Part shown: piece by piece, positions 43,965 through 56,925 of the stretch
How positions within the stretch are numbered: the first letter of the stretch is position 1
How the letters are laid out: each line of letters begins with the position of its first letter
Translations under genes and position numbers: made by a program
The notes under the pieces: model-generated
What the model saw: only the letters and a program-made list of their open reading frames with translations
Told to the model about the DNA's origin: nothing
Database searches by the model: none
NCBI GenBank assembly: GCA_965203485.1
Contig: OZ241892.1
Span: forward strand, 2,336,001-2,400,000
From: Longimicrobiales bacterium
Lineage (GTDB): Bacteria; Gemmatimonadota; Gemmatimonadetes; Longimicrobiales; Gaopeijiaceae
DNA length: 64,000 nucleotides
Direction of reading: 5' to 3'

Positions 43965-44619
43965 TCGCTCGGTCCTTCGCCGTGGGAGCCGAAGCGACGG
44001 CGGTACGCCTCCGGCGTGTCCAAGTCGTCCAGGATGGCGTCGTCCCGCACGACCACTTCCAGCACGCGGCCGGGATCGCGCCGAATCACGGTGCGCGCGC
44101 CTTCCGCCAGTCCCTCCTCGAAGAACTCGTCGGCGATGCGCATGTCGGCGAGCGCCGGATGGCCCCGCCGGCACCCGCGGCGCGGCACGACGGCCGCCGC
44201 GCGCGTCTTCCGCCATGCGGCCACGACGGCTCGCACCGTGGCGACCGCCACCGCTGGATTGTCGACGGGCGAGAAGACCACCGCGCCCGGCGGCTCGCGC
44301 GCTTCGCGAAGGCGGGCCAAGCCCACACGCAGCGAGCCGATCTGCCCGCCCTCGCCGCGCGGGTTGACGACGACCGAGCCGCCGGCCTGCGCCACTTCCT
44401 CCTCCAGCTCGCGCCCGGCCGCGCGCGCCACCACCAGAACCGGCGCGCAACCGGCCTCCGCCAGCGTCCCGGCCAACCGGGCCGAGAAGGACCGGCCGCC
44501 GGCGTCGAGGCCCGCCTTGCACGCGCCCATGCGGCGCGACCGGCCTGCCGCCAGCACCAAGCCCGCCACGCCGGGCTCGGATCGCCGGGCCGCCTCGACG
44601 ACGTCCGAGCGTCCAGCCG

Positions 44620-44623
<4 letters not shown>
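43961..44623 (-). CDS. Mo-cofactor cytidylyltransferase-like NTP transferase (MocA/YgfJ)
   Basis: LAAGRSRRMG..K, PVDNP, RGHP, DLDTPE. Confidence 0.85.
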
Positions 44624-46824
<2,201 letters not shown>

Positions 46825-46864
46825 CCGAGGACTCGCGCGACCGCGCCCCGGTGCGGGAACTCGC

Positions 46865-47638
46865 CTAATAGATCGGCCTGACCTCCGCGGTCGACCGCGA
46901 CAGGGTGATGGTCGCGGGCATGCCTCGCACTAGGGGAAACTCCCGGTTCCAGTACCACTCTTCGCTGGCCACCTCGCGGCGCGCGTAGACCCAGTAGTTG
47001 CCGGGCGCCACCCTGAAGAACGCATTTCCGTCCACGTCGGTCGTGTCCGCATGCACGTCGAGCCCGGACGCGGCGATCTTGGCCGCGACTACTTCGTTCC
47101 AGTCCTGGAAGGCGTCGTCTTCCCAGTTCTCCTTCGCCACGCTCATGCTGTCCAGCCGGTCCGTCGCCGCCGCCTGGAGCGACTCGAAACGGGAGAAGAG
47201 CGACTGGATCCGCGAGTCGAGCCGTTCGTACTCCGCATGCTTCTGCTGGTGCTCGCGGAACAACGTGTTGTACTCCCGCGTGCGCCTGTTGAGTCCCTCC
47301 ATGCGGTCGCTGAGCCTCTGCAGATCGTCGCGCAACGCGTTCCAGCGGGCTTCCGCGTCCGTCCAAGCCTGCCGCGCGGCTGCGATTTCCTCTTGGGCGG
47401 CGGCGAGTTCGGGCGGCATCTCCGGCTCCGGAGTCGGGAAGGCCTGCGCGAGAGAGTCGAACACCCCGTCCCGGTCGTAGGGCAACAGCTGGACCTCCAC
47501 GTCCGCTACTCCGACGGGCTCGCTGCCGTCCTCTCCTCCTTCTACGACCTGGACCGAGCCCTCGCCGGGGCCGCATGCGGCGACCGCCGCCGACACAAGG
47601 GCCAGGCCCGCGACCGAGCCGATGCCGCTTCGCTTCAT
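46865..47638 (-). CDS. Hypothetical lipoprotein with coiled-coil insert
   Basis: Lipobox VAAC; GGAGGAG RBS. Confidence 0.75.
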   Translation of the reverse strand: MKRSGIGSVAGLALVSAAVAACGPGEGSVQVVEGGEDGSEPVGVADVEVQLLPYDRDGVFDSLAQAFPTPEPEMPPELAAAQEEIAAARQAWTDAEARWNALRDDLQRLSDRMEGLNRRTREYNTLFREHQQKHAEYERLDSRIQSLFSRFESLQAAATDRLDSMSVAKENWEDDAFQDWNEVVAAKIAASGLDVHADTTDVDGNAFFRVAPGNYWVYARREVASEEWYWNREFPLVRGMPATITLSRSTAEVRPIY

Positions 47639-47852
47639 CTGTCTCCTCCATGAGGGAACCGACCGTGGCGCCGGGACACGCGCCCGACACGCCCAATCCT
47701 ACAACGATAAGAACGGAAAAAGAAGCAGACAAGGCTCGACCGCGCGGGCGCCCCTGCGAGAGCGCCACATCGACCGAGCCCCTGCCCCGGGGCGCCGTGC
47801 TCGACGCCAAAGAGCCCAGCGGGTCCGCCACCGCGCCCGAGAACATTCGGAC

Positions 47853-49307
47853 TCAGCGCGCCGGGGCGCCGTACTCGACGCGGAGGACCAAGCGCGCAGT
47901 TCGGCCGACGCGGGCGACCTCTTCGGGGCTGGGCGCCGGGCCGCCTCGGACGAGCGCCAAGACCTGGGCCGGCGTGGCTCCGCGCAGCAACGCGTCGGCC
48001 GCCGTCGCGGCCGCCACGGCCGGGTCGGCGACCGCTTGGCTCCGCTTGCTCCGCGCGGCACGCAGAAGAGCCGCAGGTCCCCTGCCGAGGCCGTCCAGGG
48101 TGGGCGCGGCCAGCGTCTCGGCGATACGGGCTTCCCATGCCCGCGCGGCCTCGGGAGATGCGGAGAACTGGACGAGAAGGCGGCCGGCCGGACCGACTTC
48201 CGCGGAGAAGCCGTACACGGTGTCGTCAAGGCGGCGTTCGGTGCGCAGGGCGAGCAGGGCCCGCAGGAAGTCGGCCTGTTGCAGGGTAGTTCCCGGGGCG
48301 AGTTCGAACGCCAGCCCGACCCACGTGGTCACGACTTCCGCGGGCTGCGCGACGCTGACGAGCCCGGCCGGCGCCGTCGTCCCGTGCCCGGACGGCAGGA
48401 CGAATGGCGGGCTGTCCGTCTCCGGCGGCCCGACCGGCCCGCCGACGGGACTCGGAAGGCCGGGGCGCGGGCCGTCCGCGACCACGACCCATGCGGGCAT
48501 CCCCCAAGCGGTCGCGGGCGCCGCCGAGGCGGCTTCCAGCAACGCGGCGCTCGGCGCCTCGTCGGTTGCCGCGCCGACGGCGCTTGCGGTTGCGGCAGCG
48601 CTCGCCGAGTCTCGGGCCGACTCGTCCACGGGGTCCGCCGGTTCGTCGGCGAGCCCCAGTCCGCCGGGTCCCGCCGCACTCAAGCGGGCGGCGAAGAGTT
48701 GCTCGAATCGGTCCTGCGGCGAGCCCTCGCGGAACTCGCGCACCTCGAACGCCCGCGCCATGGCGGATTCCACGTGCCCATGCGGCAACGGTCCGCCCGC
48801 CACGCGCCGCATCACGCCGAGGACGTCGGCAAGATCCTCGGGACGCGCCGTGGCGACGAAGTAGCGCCCCGTTCGCGTGCGGACGGCCTCGACGCTCGCC
48901 GCCACCCCCCCTGCGGCCTCGCGGAGCGCGGCCAGGAACGCCAAGTCCGCGATCCTCGCGGCCGCTAGGTCCCCGGGCGCGAGCGACGCCGAGACGGGAA
49001 GCGCCACGACAACCGCCCCGACCGGCGCCCAGGCGCGCACAACCAAGAGAGGCTCCTGCTCGGACGGCGGCGGACAAGCGCGGCGCTCCCCTTCCCGGGC
49101 GTCCCGGCCGGCCGGGACGCCCGCAGCGCACTCGGGCCGGACAGCGCCCGCGCCGGCTCCCTCGCCGTCCGTCGGCCGATCTTGCCCGGCGTGGCCGACT
49201 TGCGCCGCGGCTTGCGGAGGCCCCGCGGAAGCCGGCTGCCATGTCGCGGTCGCAAACGCGGCCAGCAGAACGATCCTGCGACGCAACGCCGTGTCCGCGC
49301 GGGTCAA
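47853..49307 (-). CDS. Exported M16 peptidase-like protein, degenerate
   Basis: Signal-like N-terminus, weak insulinase-like pattern, no HxxEH; coupled to upstream gene. Confidence 0.45.
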   Translation of the reverse strand: MTRADTALRRRIVLLAAFATATWQPASAGPPQAAAQVGHAGQDRPTDGEGAGAGAVRPECAAGVPAGRDAREGERRACPPPSEQEPLLVVRAWAPVGAVVVALPVSASLAPGDLAAARIADLAFLAALREAAGGVAASVEAVRTRTGRYFVATARPEDLADVLGVMRRVAGGPLPHGHVESAMARAFEVREFREGSPQDRFEQLFAARLSAAGPGGLGLADEPADPVDESARDSASAAATASAVGAATDEAPSAALLEAASAAPATAWGMPAWVVVADGPRPGLPSPVGGPVGPPETDSPPFVLPSGHGTTAPAGLVSVAQPAEVVTTWVGLAFELAPGTTLQQADFLRALLALRTERRLDDTVYGFSAEVGPAGRLLVQFSASPEAARAWEARIAETLAAPTLDGLGRGPAALLRAARSKRSQAVADPAVAAATAADALLRGATPAQVLALVRGGPAPSPEEVARVGRTARLVLRVEYGAPAR

Positions 49308-50650
49308 CCGCCCCCGCCAAGACGGACGAGCGTGGACTCGAATGCTTGGACGGCCGCAACCAGCTCGGGACGCCCCGCGGCCTCCACCCTCGCGAGGACG
49401 CCGCGGACGGAGCCGGGGTGGCCGTGCCAGCGATCCGCGAGCGCCAGCCACCCCGCGGGCGTGGCGGCCGCCGCGACGAGATCCCTTCGGGCCGCCTCGG
49501 CCGCCGCGCTCCACCGGGCGGCGAGCTGTGCCTCGGACATCACGCCGAGCGCGGCGGCCAGGGCGTTGTCCGCGTCTCGCTGCGCCAGCGCCGTGGCCGT
49601 GACCGCCGTCCAGCGCGCATCGCTCCCCAACCCGTGCTGAACGCGCAACACGACGCCCGGCAGCTCCAAGCCGCCGAGCCCCGCGGCCAGAGCGTCCTGG
49701 GCGACCAGCACGCCCGGTCTGCTTCGCGTCCCCAAGCTGAAGAAGGCGCCGGCCCAGGCGGGCGCCGGAGGCAAGAACGCCCCGGGACGCTCCGGCAGTC
49801 CGGCCCCAGCCGGCGCGGCGGACGACGAAGCTCCCGCGGCGGCGGCCCCGGCCGACTCCTCGTCTTCGCGGCCGGCCGCCTGGTCCTTGGCTCCCAAGAG
49901 AGACAGCTCGGCGAGCGCCACCGGGACCTCGACTCCGCCCAGCACGACGACCCTGAGGCGGTCGCGAGCGTGGCTCCGCATCCAGAGCCGCTCGATGCGA
50001 GCGAACGCGGAGACCTCGTCGAAGCCGACGTTCCCGCGCCGCGCGGCCGGCGCCGCGGGCGAATCGAACTCGCGGGAGTCGATCGCGGCCACCACGCGCC
50101 CGTGGGGAGTCTCGGCCAAGCGATCGGCCCGGGCGCGCTCCCGGGCCAGCGCCGCGCGCAACCCTTGGGGCGACGGCCTCCGGGCCAGAATGCGGACGAT
50201 CCAAGCCAGTTCGTCGATGTCCCGGCGGTCGCCGATCACCTGATACGCGATGCGGCCGCCATCCAGTCCGCCCCACAGCGAAGCGCCGATCAAGTCCGCC
50301 AACGGTTGCGCCCGGCCGATTGCCAGCGCCACGAGCGCCCGAGCGTCGTCCAGGCGGCCCAAGCCGCGCGGAGCCGAGATCCGAATCCCGGCCGCCGGCA
50401 ACCCCGCCGCCTCTTCGAAGACGAGCACCGGGCCGTTCGGGACCGCCAGCACACTGTCCGGCGCCAGCGGATCGGAGGGCGCCGCCCCACCGTCTTGCGC
50501 GAGAACGTCCGTTGCGCCCACGGCCGAGACGGCCGAGCGGGCCCCCACGGGAACGGCCGACGCCGCAAGCGCAAGCAGGAAGGCGGCCCGCCGAGACCGG
50601 CGGGCGGGCGACCGGCGCGAAGGCGCGGGTCTAGGGAAGGGCGTCTCCAA
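49304..50650 (-). CDS. Exported M16 peptidase-like protein, degenerate
   Basis: VPNGPVLVF...LP...IRIS resembles an M16 N-terminus; no HxxEH. Confidence 0.5.
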   Translation of the reverse strand: METPFPRPAPSRRSPARRSRRAAFLLALAASAVPVGARSAVSAVGATDVLAQDGGAAPSDPLAPDSVLAVPNGPVLVFEEAAGLPAAGIRISAPRGLGRLDDARALVALAIGRAQPLADLIGASLWGGLDGGRIAYQVIGDRRDIDELAWIVRILARRPSPQGLRAALARERARADRLAETPHGRVVAAIDSREFDSPAAPAARRGNVGFDEVSAFARIERLWMRSHARDRLRVVVLGGVEVPVALAELSLLGAKDQAAGREDEESAGAAAAGASSSAAPAGAGLPERPGAFLPPAPAWAGAFFSLGTRSRPGVLVAQDALAAGLGGLELPGVVLRVQHGLGSDARWTAVTATALAQRDADNALAAALGVMSEAQLAARWSAAAEAARRDLVAAAATPAGWLALADRWHGHPGSVRGVLARVEAAGRPELVAAVQAFESTLVRLGGGG

Positions 50651-51566
50651 GAACGTAGTTCAGCGGGTTGACCGGAGACCCGTTGACGTGGACCTCGTAG
50701 TGCAGGTGGGGCGCGGTCGATATCCCGGTGCTTCCCACGCGCGCCACGACGTCGCCCCGGCGAACCGCCTTGCCGCGGCGCACGAGCAGTTCGGACGCGT
50801 GCGCGTAGAGTGTCGACACGCCGAACCCGTGGTCGATCACGACCGTGTAGCCGTAGCCGCTCCGACGCCCTGCCGAACGCACCACGCCCTTGGCGGCTGC
50901 GACGATCGGGGCGCCCTTGGGCGCGTGGATGTCGATCCCTTCGTGGGGTTGCCGGCGGTCGTGAAGCGGATGACGGCGGCTACGGCTGAAGCGGCTCGAC
51001 AACAGGCCGCGCACCGGGAAGATGGATGGCGTCGCCTCCGCCCGGCGGCGCTGGGCCTCGAAGCTGGACGCCACCTCGTCGAAGCTGGCGGCCAGCAGGT
51101 CCGCCTTTCGCTTCATGAGCTCGAGGTCGTAGTGGATCGCGTAGGCCGTCTCGGACGCCTCGGAATCCAGCATCCACAGCTCGCCGTCCGACGACGACTC
51201 CAGGCCGGGGCCGCCGACGCCCACCTCGAGCACTTCCTGGTCGATCCCCGACAGGCCGGCCAGCAAGCGGACGCGCCGGTTCTGCTCGACCAGTCCTGCC
51301 ACTTGGCCGCCCACGTTCGCCAAGCGCGCCTGCGCCTCCTCGAGCTCGTCCTCCAGGAGGCGGTTCTCCCGCGCCAGCTGGATCACGCGCAACGGATTGT
51401 CGCCTCCCGCGACGACCACGGCCGCGGCGACTGCGCACAGCGCCACCAGCATGGCGCAACCGAACACCCAGGGAACGGCGCGCAGAAGGCCCCCGCGCAC
51501 CGTCCACTGCGCGACGCCCTCCGAGCCGCCGCGGAGCAGCACGAGGGTCCATCGGTTGGTATTCAT
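50631..51566 (-). CDS. M23 family metallopeptidase
   Basis: TM plus coiled coil, HEGIDI, YAHA, PHLHYEV. Confidence 0.93.
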   Translation of the reverse strand: MNTNRWTLVLLRGGSEGVAQWTVRGGLLRAVPWVFGCAMLVALCAVAAAVVVAGGDNPLRVIQLARENRLLEDELEEAQARLANVGGQVAGLVEQNRRVRLLAGLSGIDQEVLEVGVGGPGLESSSDGELWMLDSEASETAYAIHYDLELMKRKADLLAASFDEVASSFEAQRRRAEATPSIFPVRGLLSSRFSRSRRHPLHDRRQPHEGIDIHAPKGAPIVAAAKGVVRSAGRRSGYGYTVVIDHGFGVSTLYAHASELLVRRGKAVRRGDVVARVGSTGISTAPHLHYEVHVNGSPVNPLNYVLGDALP

Positions 51567-51848
51567 CTGCGGAGACACGTTAGGAACTTTTGTTTCCGTC
51601 GTCAAGCGGAGAGGGCTGCGGAGGCCCAAGTCAAGCGCGCGCGCGGCGTGTTCAAGAGCGAGCGTCGCTTCGGTCCAGCCACGATCGGCCGGCGGGCCGA
51701 AGAAACCCCACGGCGCGGACGGGCCGGGCAACATGGGCCGGCTGCCGCCCACCGCAAGCATAGGTCCGGCGGCGCCTCCCGGGCAAGACTGGATGGACCG
51801 GGCGCGGGCCGGGCCGCCGCAAGGTCCGCGGCGCCGATGCTCCCGGCG

Positions 51849-53438
51849 TCACCGGCCGACGTCCACGGAGTCGCCGCCGACCGCCCCGCCGCCGCGCAAG
51901 TCGTCCGGGTCCACGCGGGGGAACAACGGCGGCCCCTGCGCCACGGCCAGTCCCGCCACGTCCACGGCCCTCGCCTCGTCCAGGAGCGGCACGTCGTCCA
52001 GGCCCAGGCGCCCGGCCAGCTCGAGGGCCCGGGCGGGAGCGACGGGCTCAAAGAGGCAGGCCAGCACGACGAGCGCGCGCACCAGCGACGCCAGCGTCTC
52101 GTCCAGCTCGGCCGACCGGGAGGGGTCCCGGGCCAGCGACCAGGGCTCGCGCGCTTCGACGAATCCGTTCGCCCGCCGGGCCAGCTCCATAGCCGCGGCC
52201 AGCCCTTCGTGCAGCCTGTAGTCCTCGAAGCCCGCCCGGTACGCGGCCACGGCCTCGTCCGTCTCGGCGCGAAGTCCGCCCGCCGGCCCGCCCGGCGCCG
52301 TCCCGTCCCGGTAGCGCCCGACCATCGACGCCACCCGGTGGACCAAGTTGCCCAGGATGTTCGACAGCTCGTCGTAGCGCACCATGAACCGGTCGAGCGT
52401 GTAGGACGCGTCCTGGCCCGTGGGCATCTCGCGCATCAGGTACCACCGCACGGCGTCCGTCCCGAACCACCGCCGGAGCTGGAGCGGATCGACCACGTTG
52501 CCCAGCGACTTGGACATCTTGGTGTCGCCCACCACCCACCAGCCGTGGGCCACGATCTTGCGCGGGAGAGCCAAGTCCGCCCCCATCAGCAGCGTCGGCC
52601 AGTAGACGGCGTGGGTGGTGAGGATGTCCTTGCCCATGAGATGGACGTCGGCCGGCCAGCGCGAGCCGGCGAGCGACTCCCCGAAGCCGCGCTTCCCGGC
52701 GGCCGCGCCCGGATCGACGGCGCCCGACGCCGTGACGTAGTTGATCAGCGCGTCCACCCACACGTAGGTCGTCTGCTCGGCGTCCCAAGGCAACGGAATG
52801 CCCCAGTGGATGCGCGAGCGGGGGCGCGAGATCGACAGGTCCTCCAGCGGCCGCTTGAGGAAGCCCAGCACCTCGTTCCTGCGCGCGGCCGGCACGATCC
52901 ACTCCGGGTTGGCCTCGACGTGGCGCACCAGGCGCTCCTGGAAGCGACCCATACGGAAGAAGTAGTTCTTCTCGCGAATGCGCTCCAGCGGCCCGCCCGT
53001 CACCGGATCGACGCGCTCGGGCCCGATCTCCTTCTCCGTGAAGTAGCGCTCCTGGCTCACCGAGTACCAGCCCGCGTATTCGCCCTCGTAGACCAGCCCG
53101 TTGTCCCGCAGCCGCTCCAGCAGGGCGCCCACCGCGGCCCGGTGCTCGGCTTCGGTAGTGCGGATGAAGCGGTCGTGCGAGATGCCCAGCGTGCGCCAAG
53201 CGGCCCGAAAGCGGCCCGCCATGAGGTCGCAGAGCTCCGCCGGGCTCATGCCCTGCTCGGCGGCCGCTTCCTGGATCTTCTGGCCGTGTTCGTCCGTGCC
53301 CGTCAGGAAGAGCACGTCCTCGCCGGCGCGACGGCGGTAGCGGGCCAGCACGTCGCCCAGGATCGTCGTGTAGGCGTGGCCCAGGTGCGGCTCGCCCGAC
53401 GCGTAGTAGATGGGAGTGGTGAGATAGAAGGAGGGCAT
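51849..53438 (-). CDS. metG: Methionine--tRNA ligase (short form)
   Basis: HLGH, GTDEHGQK, YVWVDAL, KMSKS. Confidence 0.97.
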   Translation of the reverse strand: MPSFYLTTPIYYASGEPHLGHAYTTILGDVLARYRRRAGEDVLFLTGTDEHGQKIQEAAAEQGMSPAELCDLMAGRFRAAWRTLGISHDRFIRTTEAEHRAAVGALLERLRDNGLVYEGEYAGWYSVSQERYFTEKEIGPERVDPVTGGPLERIREKNYFFRMGRFQERLVRHVEANPEWIVPAARRNEVLGFLKRPLEDLSISRPRSRIHWGIPLPWDAEQTTYVWVDALINYVTASGAVDPGAAAGKRGFGESLAGSRWPADVHLMGKDILTTHAVYWPTLLMGADLALPRKIVAHGWWVVGDTKMSKSLGNVVDPLQLRRWFGTDAVRWYLMREMPTGQDASYTLDRFMVRYDELSNILGNLVHRVASMVGRYRDGTAPGGPAGGLRAETDEAVAAYRAGFEDYRLHEGLAAAMELARRANGFVEAREPWSLARDPSRSAELDETLASLVRALVVLACLFEPVAPARALELAGRLGLDDVPLLDEARAVDVAGLAVAQGPPLFPRVDPDDLRGGGAVGGDSVDVGR

Positions 53439-54010
53439 CACCGGCCCTGGGCCGCGTCCGCCGCCTTCGCCCTGCCGACGGCCCCGGCGTACCACGACAG
53501 GGTCTCGACGAAGCGCGCGAACGAGGCTTCGTAGTGCGCCTCGCGCGGCTCGCCGTCCTCGCCGAAGGACTTCGAGACGAACGAGACCGGCATCGCCGCC
53601 ACCGGCAACGCCTTGATACGCAGGAACAGCAGCTGGAGCTGGTTCTGCGCGTTGACGCCGCCGAATCCGCCCGACGACACGGTGACGACTCCCACCGGCT
53701 TGCGGTCCCACTCGGCGTAGAGGTAGTCGAGCGCGTTCTTGAGCGCGCCCGGGACGGCGCCGTTGTACTCGGGGCTCACGACGACGACCGCGTCGGCCTC
53801 GGCCACGGCGCGCGAGAAGGCGACCAGCCCCGGCGGCGGATCGTCGCGCTTGGACAGCCTTTCCTCCATGACGGGGAGCGCGATCCGGGCCAAGTCGAGC
53901 AGGGGTGCGTCGGCTCCGGCCTTCTGCAGGCGGTCGCGAGCGAAGCGGGCCACTCGGCTGGACTGCCGGCCGCGACGCACGGACCCGACGACGACGGGTA
54001 TCTTCAGCAT
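53438..54010 (-). CDS. NAD(P)H-dependent FMN reductase
   Basis: GSVRRGR, SPEYNG, LKNALD. Confidence 0.92.
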   Translation of the reverse strand: MLKIPVVVGSVRRGRQSSRVARFARDRLQKAGADAPLLDLARIALPVMEERLSKRDDPPPGLVAFSRAVAEADAVVVVSPEYNGAVPGALKNALDYLYAEWDRKPVGVVTVSSGGFGGVNAQNQLQLLFLRIKALPVAAMPVSFVSKSFGEDGEPREAHYEASFARFVETLSWYAGAVGRAKAADAAQGR

Positions 54011-54188
54011 CGGAGAGCGTTGGAGGGGAAAGGAGCGGCTTGGCCGGAAATCCGGGAGTCCGGGAGGCGGGGGCGCCGAGGGGTCCGCCGAGCGCTTCGG
54101 ATCGGACCGGCTGGGCTCCGGACCGGCGGAGGTCCGCACTGGCGCCGGCGCTCGCGGCTTGCGGGCCGGACTCGACCATCGAGCGTCC

Positions 54189-54216
54189 TTGAGCTTGCAA
54201 GAAAGTACAGTAGCTT
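54189..54216 (+). promoter_or_regulatory. Possible promoter of the rhomboid gene
   Basis: TTGAGC-16 nt-TAGCTT in an AT-richer divergent gap. Confidence 0.3.
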
Positions 54217-54270
54217 GGCCGGAATGGGGATGCTCGCAACGGGGAGGCCCGCGGGGAAGGCAGGCGCGCC

Positions 54271-55053
54271 ATGATGATGACGCCGTGGGTGCAGCGGCTT
54301 CTGCTCGCCAACATCGCAATCTTCGCGCTCACGGCGACCGGGATGCCGCTGGTCGAAGAGTTCGGACTGGTGCCGCTCGCCGTCGCCCGGAGGCCGTGGA
54401 CGATCGCGACCTACATGTTCCTTCACGGCGGCTTCGCCCATGTGTTCTTCAACATGCTGATGCTGTTCTTCTTCGGTCCCAGGCTGGAGGAGCGGCTGGG
54501 CAGCCGGACGTTCGTCTGGTTCTACCTGGCCAGCGGCATCGGCGGCGCCGTCCTCTCGTTCGCGTTCACGCCCACGGCTATGGTCATCGGGGCGTCCGGA
54601 GCCGTCTACGGCGTGGTGGTGGGCTTCGCGCGCTACTGGCCGCGCGAGACGATCCACATCTGGGGCATCCTGCCCGTCCAGGCGCGGATCCTGGCGTTGT
54701 TCATGGTGGGATCGAGCCTGTTCTCGGGCATCACCGGAGCGCAGAGCGGGATCGCCCACTTCGCGCATCTGGGCGGGCTCGCGGCCGGGTGGGGCTTCCT
54801 CAAGCTCTGGGAGCGCCGGAAGACCAAGGCCGTCGCGGTCCCGAAGCGGCAACCCCGATACAAGGCGACCGCCGCGCGGGAGGCCGACGTACTGGAACGC
54901 TGGCAGGCGATTCCGCGCGACCAGCTGCACGAGATCAACCGCGAGGAGCTCGACAGCCTGCTGGGGAAGGCGGCCGAGGCCGGCGTCAGGGCGCTCACGA
55001 ACGACGAGCGCGCGTTCCTGGAACGGATGGCGCAGTCGGTGCAGGTGCGGTAG
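54271..55053 (+). CDS. Rhomboid intramembrane serine protease
   Basis: HVFFNM, GASG, AHFAHLGG; soluble C-terminal tail. Confidence 0.93.
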   Translation: MMMTPWVQRLLLANIAIFALTATGMPLVEEFGLVPLAVARRPWTIATYMFLHGGFAHVFFNMLMLFFFGPRLEERLGSRTFVWFYLASGIGGAVLSFAFTPTAMVIGASGAVYGVVVGFARYWPRETIHIWGILPVQARILALFMVGSSLFSGITGAQSGIAHFAHLGGLAAGWGFLKLWERRKTKAVAVPKRQPRYKATAAREADVLERWQAIPRDQLHEINREELDSLLGKAAEAGVRALTNDERAFLERMAQSVQVR

Positions 55054-55118
55054 GCGCGGTTTCGTCCCCGTGCCGCGCGCGTATTGCGGCGTTGTCGGCG
55101 GATGGACCCGCGCCGGGA

Positions 55119-55850
55119 CTAGCCGCCGCGGACTGGAGATTTCGCCAGCAGCGCCGCCGCTTCCGCCATGCTGGAGACTCGGGCGTCGGCTTCGGCGGGC
55201 GCCGGAGGAGCGGCCCCGGCCGCAGGCGCCGCGCCGGGCCGGTCGACCCACAACGTGGCGTAGCCGAGCGCGGAAGCGGGCGCGATGTCGTGGAAGCGGC
55301 TCTGCGCCACGTGCAGGGTGCGACTCTTCGGCACGCTGGAGCGCCGCGCCATTTCGTGGAAGTGGGCGGAGGCCGGCTTGTAGCTGCCCACTTGCTGGGC
55401 CGTGACCACCCAGTCGAAGGATACCTCCAAGCGTTCGCGGGATTGGGCGAAGAGATCGTCGTCCACGTTGGAGACGATGCCGAGCTGGTACTGGCGGCCC
55501 AGCCGACGGAGCGCATCCACGGTGTCGGGGAAGACGGGCCAGCCGCCCACTGAAGCGGCGAAGGCGCGGCGCTGGGTTGCGGTGGGACGAAACCCAAGGT
55601 CCGCTCCCATGCGGTCCAGCGTGAGCGCCAGCGCTTCGCGATAGGAGCGGAAGCGCTCGGACTGCACCACGTGTTCGTGCCGGCCGAAGGCGCCCAGGAC
55701 CGCCGCCGCCGCCGGGGACGCGCCGTGGGCGGCGCAGATGGGCGCGACGGCTTCGAGAATGCCGCGCTCCCAGTCGACCAGCGTGCCGTAGCAGTCGAAG
55801 GTGAGGAGATCGAACCGGTTGGGGTCCAGGTCGCCCGGCGAGAGCGCCAC
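55119..55850 (-). CDS. HAD hydrolase (haloacid dehalogenase type II-like)
   Basis: FDCYGTL, SN, YKP, HVAQS.FHD. Confidence 0.9.
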   Translation of the reverse strand: MALSPGDLDPNRFDLLTFDCYGTLVDWERGILEAVAPICAAHGASPAAAAVLGAFGRHEHVVQSERFRSYREALALTLDRMGADLGFRPTATQRRAFAASVGGWPVFPDTVDALRRLGRQYQLGIVSNVDDDLFAQSRERLEVSFDWVVTAQQVGSYKPASAHFHEMARRSSVPKSRTLHVAQSRFHDIAPASALGYATLWVDRPGAAPAAGAAPPAPAEADARVSSMAEAAALLAKSPVRGG

Positions 55851-55856
55851 GACCCG

Positions 55857-56363
55857 TTACATCTCGGGAAAGTCGGCCGTCGGGCCGAACGTCTGCGGCA
55901 CCGCAACGCCCGCCAAGCGCAGGTAGACGCCCAGCTGGGCACGGTGGTGAATCATGTGGTCCAGGATGAACGTGCGCAGCACGACGCTCTTCGGCAGCGT
56001 GAAGCGCGGCTCGCCGCCGACCAGCATCGTCCACGGGCTGCGAAGGACTTCGTCCCCCGACTCCTCGATCAGCGCGCGCGCCTCGGCCGCATTCTCGTCG
56101 AGCGCCTTCGCGATGTCCGCTACGGACTCGAAGGCAGGTTGCGGCGGCGGGCCGCCGTCCTTCGGCGAGATGTCGAACTCCGACATGGCGAGCGTGGGCA
56201 TCGTCCATCCGGGAATGCCGGCGAGGTGCCCGGCCAGTTCCCTCATCGTCCAAGACTTCTCGTGGGGACGCCAGTCCAGCCGGTTGTCGGGGACGGCCTG
56301 CAAGACCGTCTTGGAGCCGGCCACGACTTGGTCGAGGGCCGCCAAGGCCTGTTGCGTCGTCAT
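55857..56363 (-). CDS. DinB family protein
   Basis: WRPHEKS, LAGH, HMIHHRAQLGVYLR. Confidence 0.92.
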   Translation of the reverse strand: MTTQQALAALDQVVAGSKTVLQAVPDNRLDWRPHEKSWTMRELAGHLAGIPGWTMPTLAMSEFDISPKDGGPPPQPAFESVADIAKALDENAAEARALIEESGDEVLRSPWTMLVGGEPRFTLPKSVVLRTFILDHMIHHRAQLGVYLRLAGVAVPQTFGPTADFPEM

Positions 56364-56568
56364 GCTTGGGGGATCTCCGTGGTCGATGTCTCAGATGGCG
56401 AATCGAAGCGGTCCGCCGGAGAGCGGGAAGGAACTCGGCGGCGGCGATGTCCGCGTGCCCGCGAACATGCAGAAAGCCGCCGTTCAAGAAACCGCGCCAC
56501 GGCGGCGCTTCCCTGGGCTCGCGGCCTTGCACGTCCTGCAACCGCCCCATTGCGGAACACGCTCGCCG

Positions 56569-56925
56569 CTACGGTTCGTTCGCCAGCATGGGGCCCAGCG
56601 GCCGGCCTCCCAGCAGGTGCAGATGGACGTGCTGCACCTCTTGGCCGCCGTGGTCGCGGCAGTTGACGATGAGTCTGTAGCCGCGTTCCGCCACGCCCTC
56701 TTCGGCGGCGATCCGGGACGCCACCAGGAGCATCCGGCCCAGCGCCGCTTCGTCCTCCGCCGTCACGTCGGCCATCGTGGGAATCTCCTTGTTGGGCACG
56801 ACCAGGACGTGCGTGGGCGCCTGCGCCCGAATGTCGCGAAACGCAGTGACGAGCTCGTCCTGGTACACCATGTCGGCGGGAATCTCGCGCCGCGCGATCC
56901 TGGAGAAGAGCGACCCGCCGGTCAT
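56569..56925 (-). CDS. Histidine triad (HIT) nucleotide-binding protein
   Basis: HVHLHLLGG. Confidence 0.95.
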   Translation of the reverse strand: MTGGSLFSRIARREIPADMVYQDELVTAFRDIRAQAPTHVLVVPNKEIPTMADVTAEDEAALGRMLLVASRIAAEEGVAERGYRLIVNCRDHGGQEVQHVHLHLLGGRPLGPMLANEP

